Source: Neocallimastix sp. 'constans'
Taxonomy: Eukaryota
Direction: 5' to 3'
Assembly: GCA_050613775.1 (NCBI GenBank)
Contig: JBODTK010000100.1
Span: 124,001-188,000, forward strand
DNA length: 64,000 nucleotides
Made by a program: the position numbers and the translations under genes. Below the pieces are notes generated by a model, which ran no database searches, had not been told where the DNA came from, and saw only the letters and a list, made by a program, of their open reading frames with translations. Shown piece after piece: positions 63,936-64,000 of this stretch (positions are counted from its first letter, which is position 1; each line of letters opens with the position of its first letter).

Positions 63936-64000
63936 TTAAAAAAAATAAATAAAATTAAATAAACAAAAATATAAATATAAAAATATAAAAATATAAAAAA

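Overview
Extremely AT-rich, intron-containing eukaryotic DNA. The gene content (solute-binding-domain GPCRs, ankyrin genes, a bacterial-type intronless enzyme) fits an anaerobic gut fungus (Neocallimastigomycota); this is an inference. In order, the window holds: (1) an intact, very young Ty3/Gypsy element (2219-8786) with a -1 frameshift signal; (2) a non-autonomous LTR element (9458-12421) inside a TATTTAT satellite; (3) a compositionally foreign, frameshifted coiled-coil gene (~15.8-17.4 kb); (4) a 7-exon LRR receptor-like gene missed by the ORF track; (5) two ankyrin genes and a probably horizontally acquired SAM methyltransferase; (6) a Copia relic cluster (30.6-41.4 kb) surrounding an orphan polyQ gene and an 844-bp nested inverted/direct repeat; (7) a tRNA-derived SINE candidate; (8) a tandem array of three SBP-7TM GPCR genes, one pseudogene and two intact. 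The short-LTR elements carry primer sites complementary to the anticodon arm of tRNA-Lys(CUU). All calls were made by eye, with no database searches.
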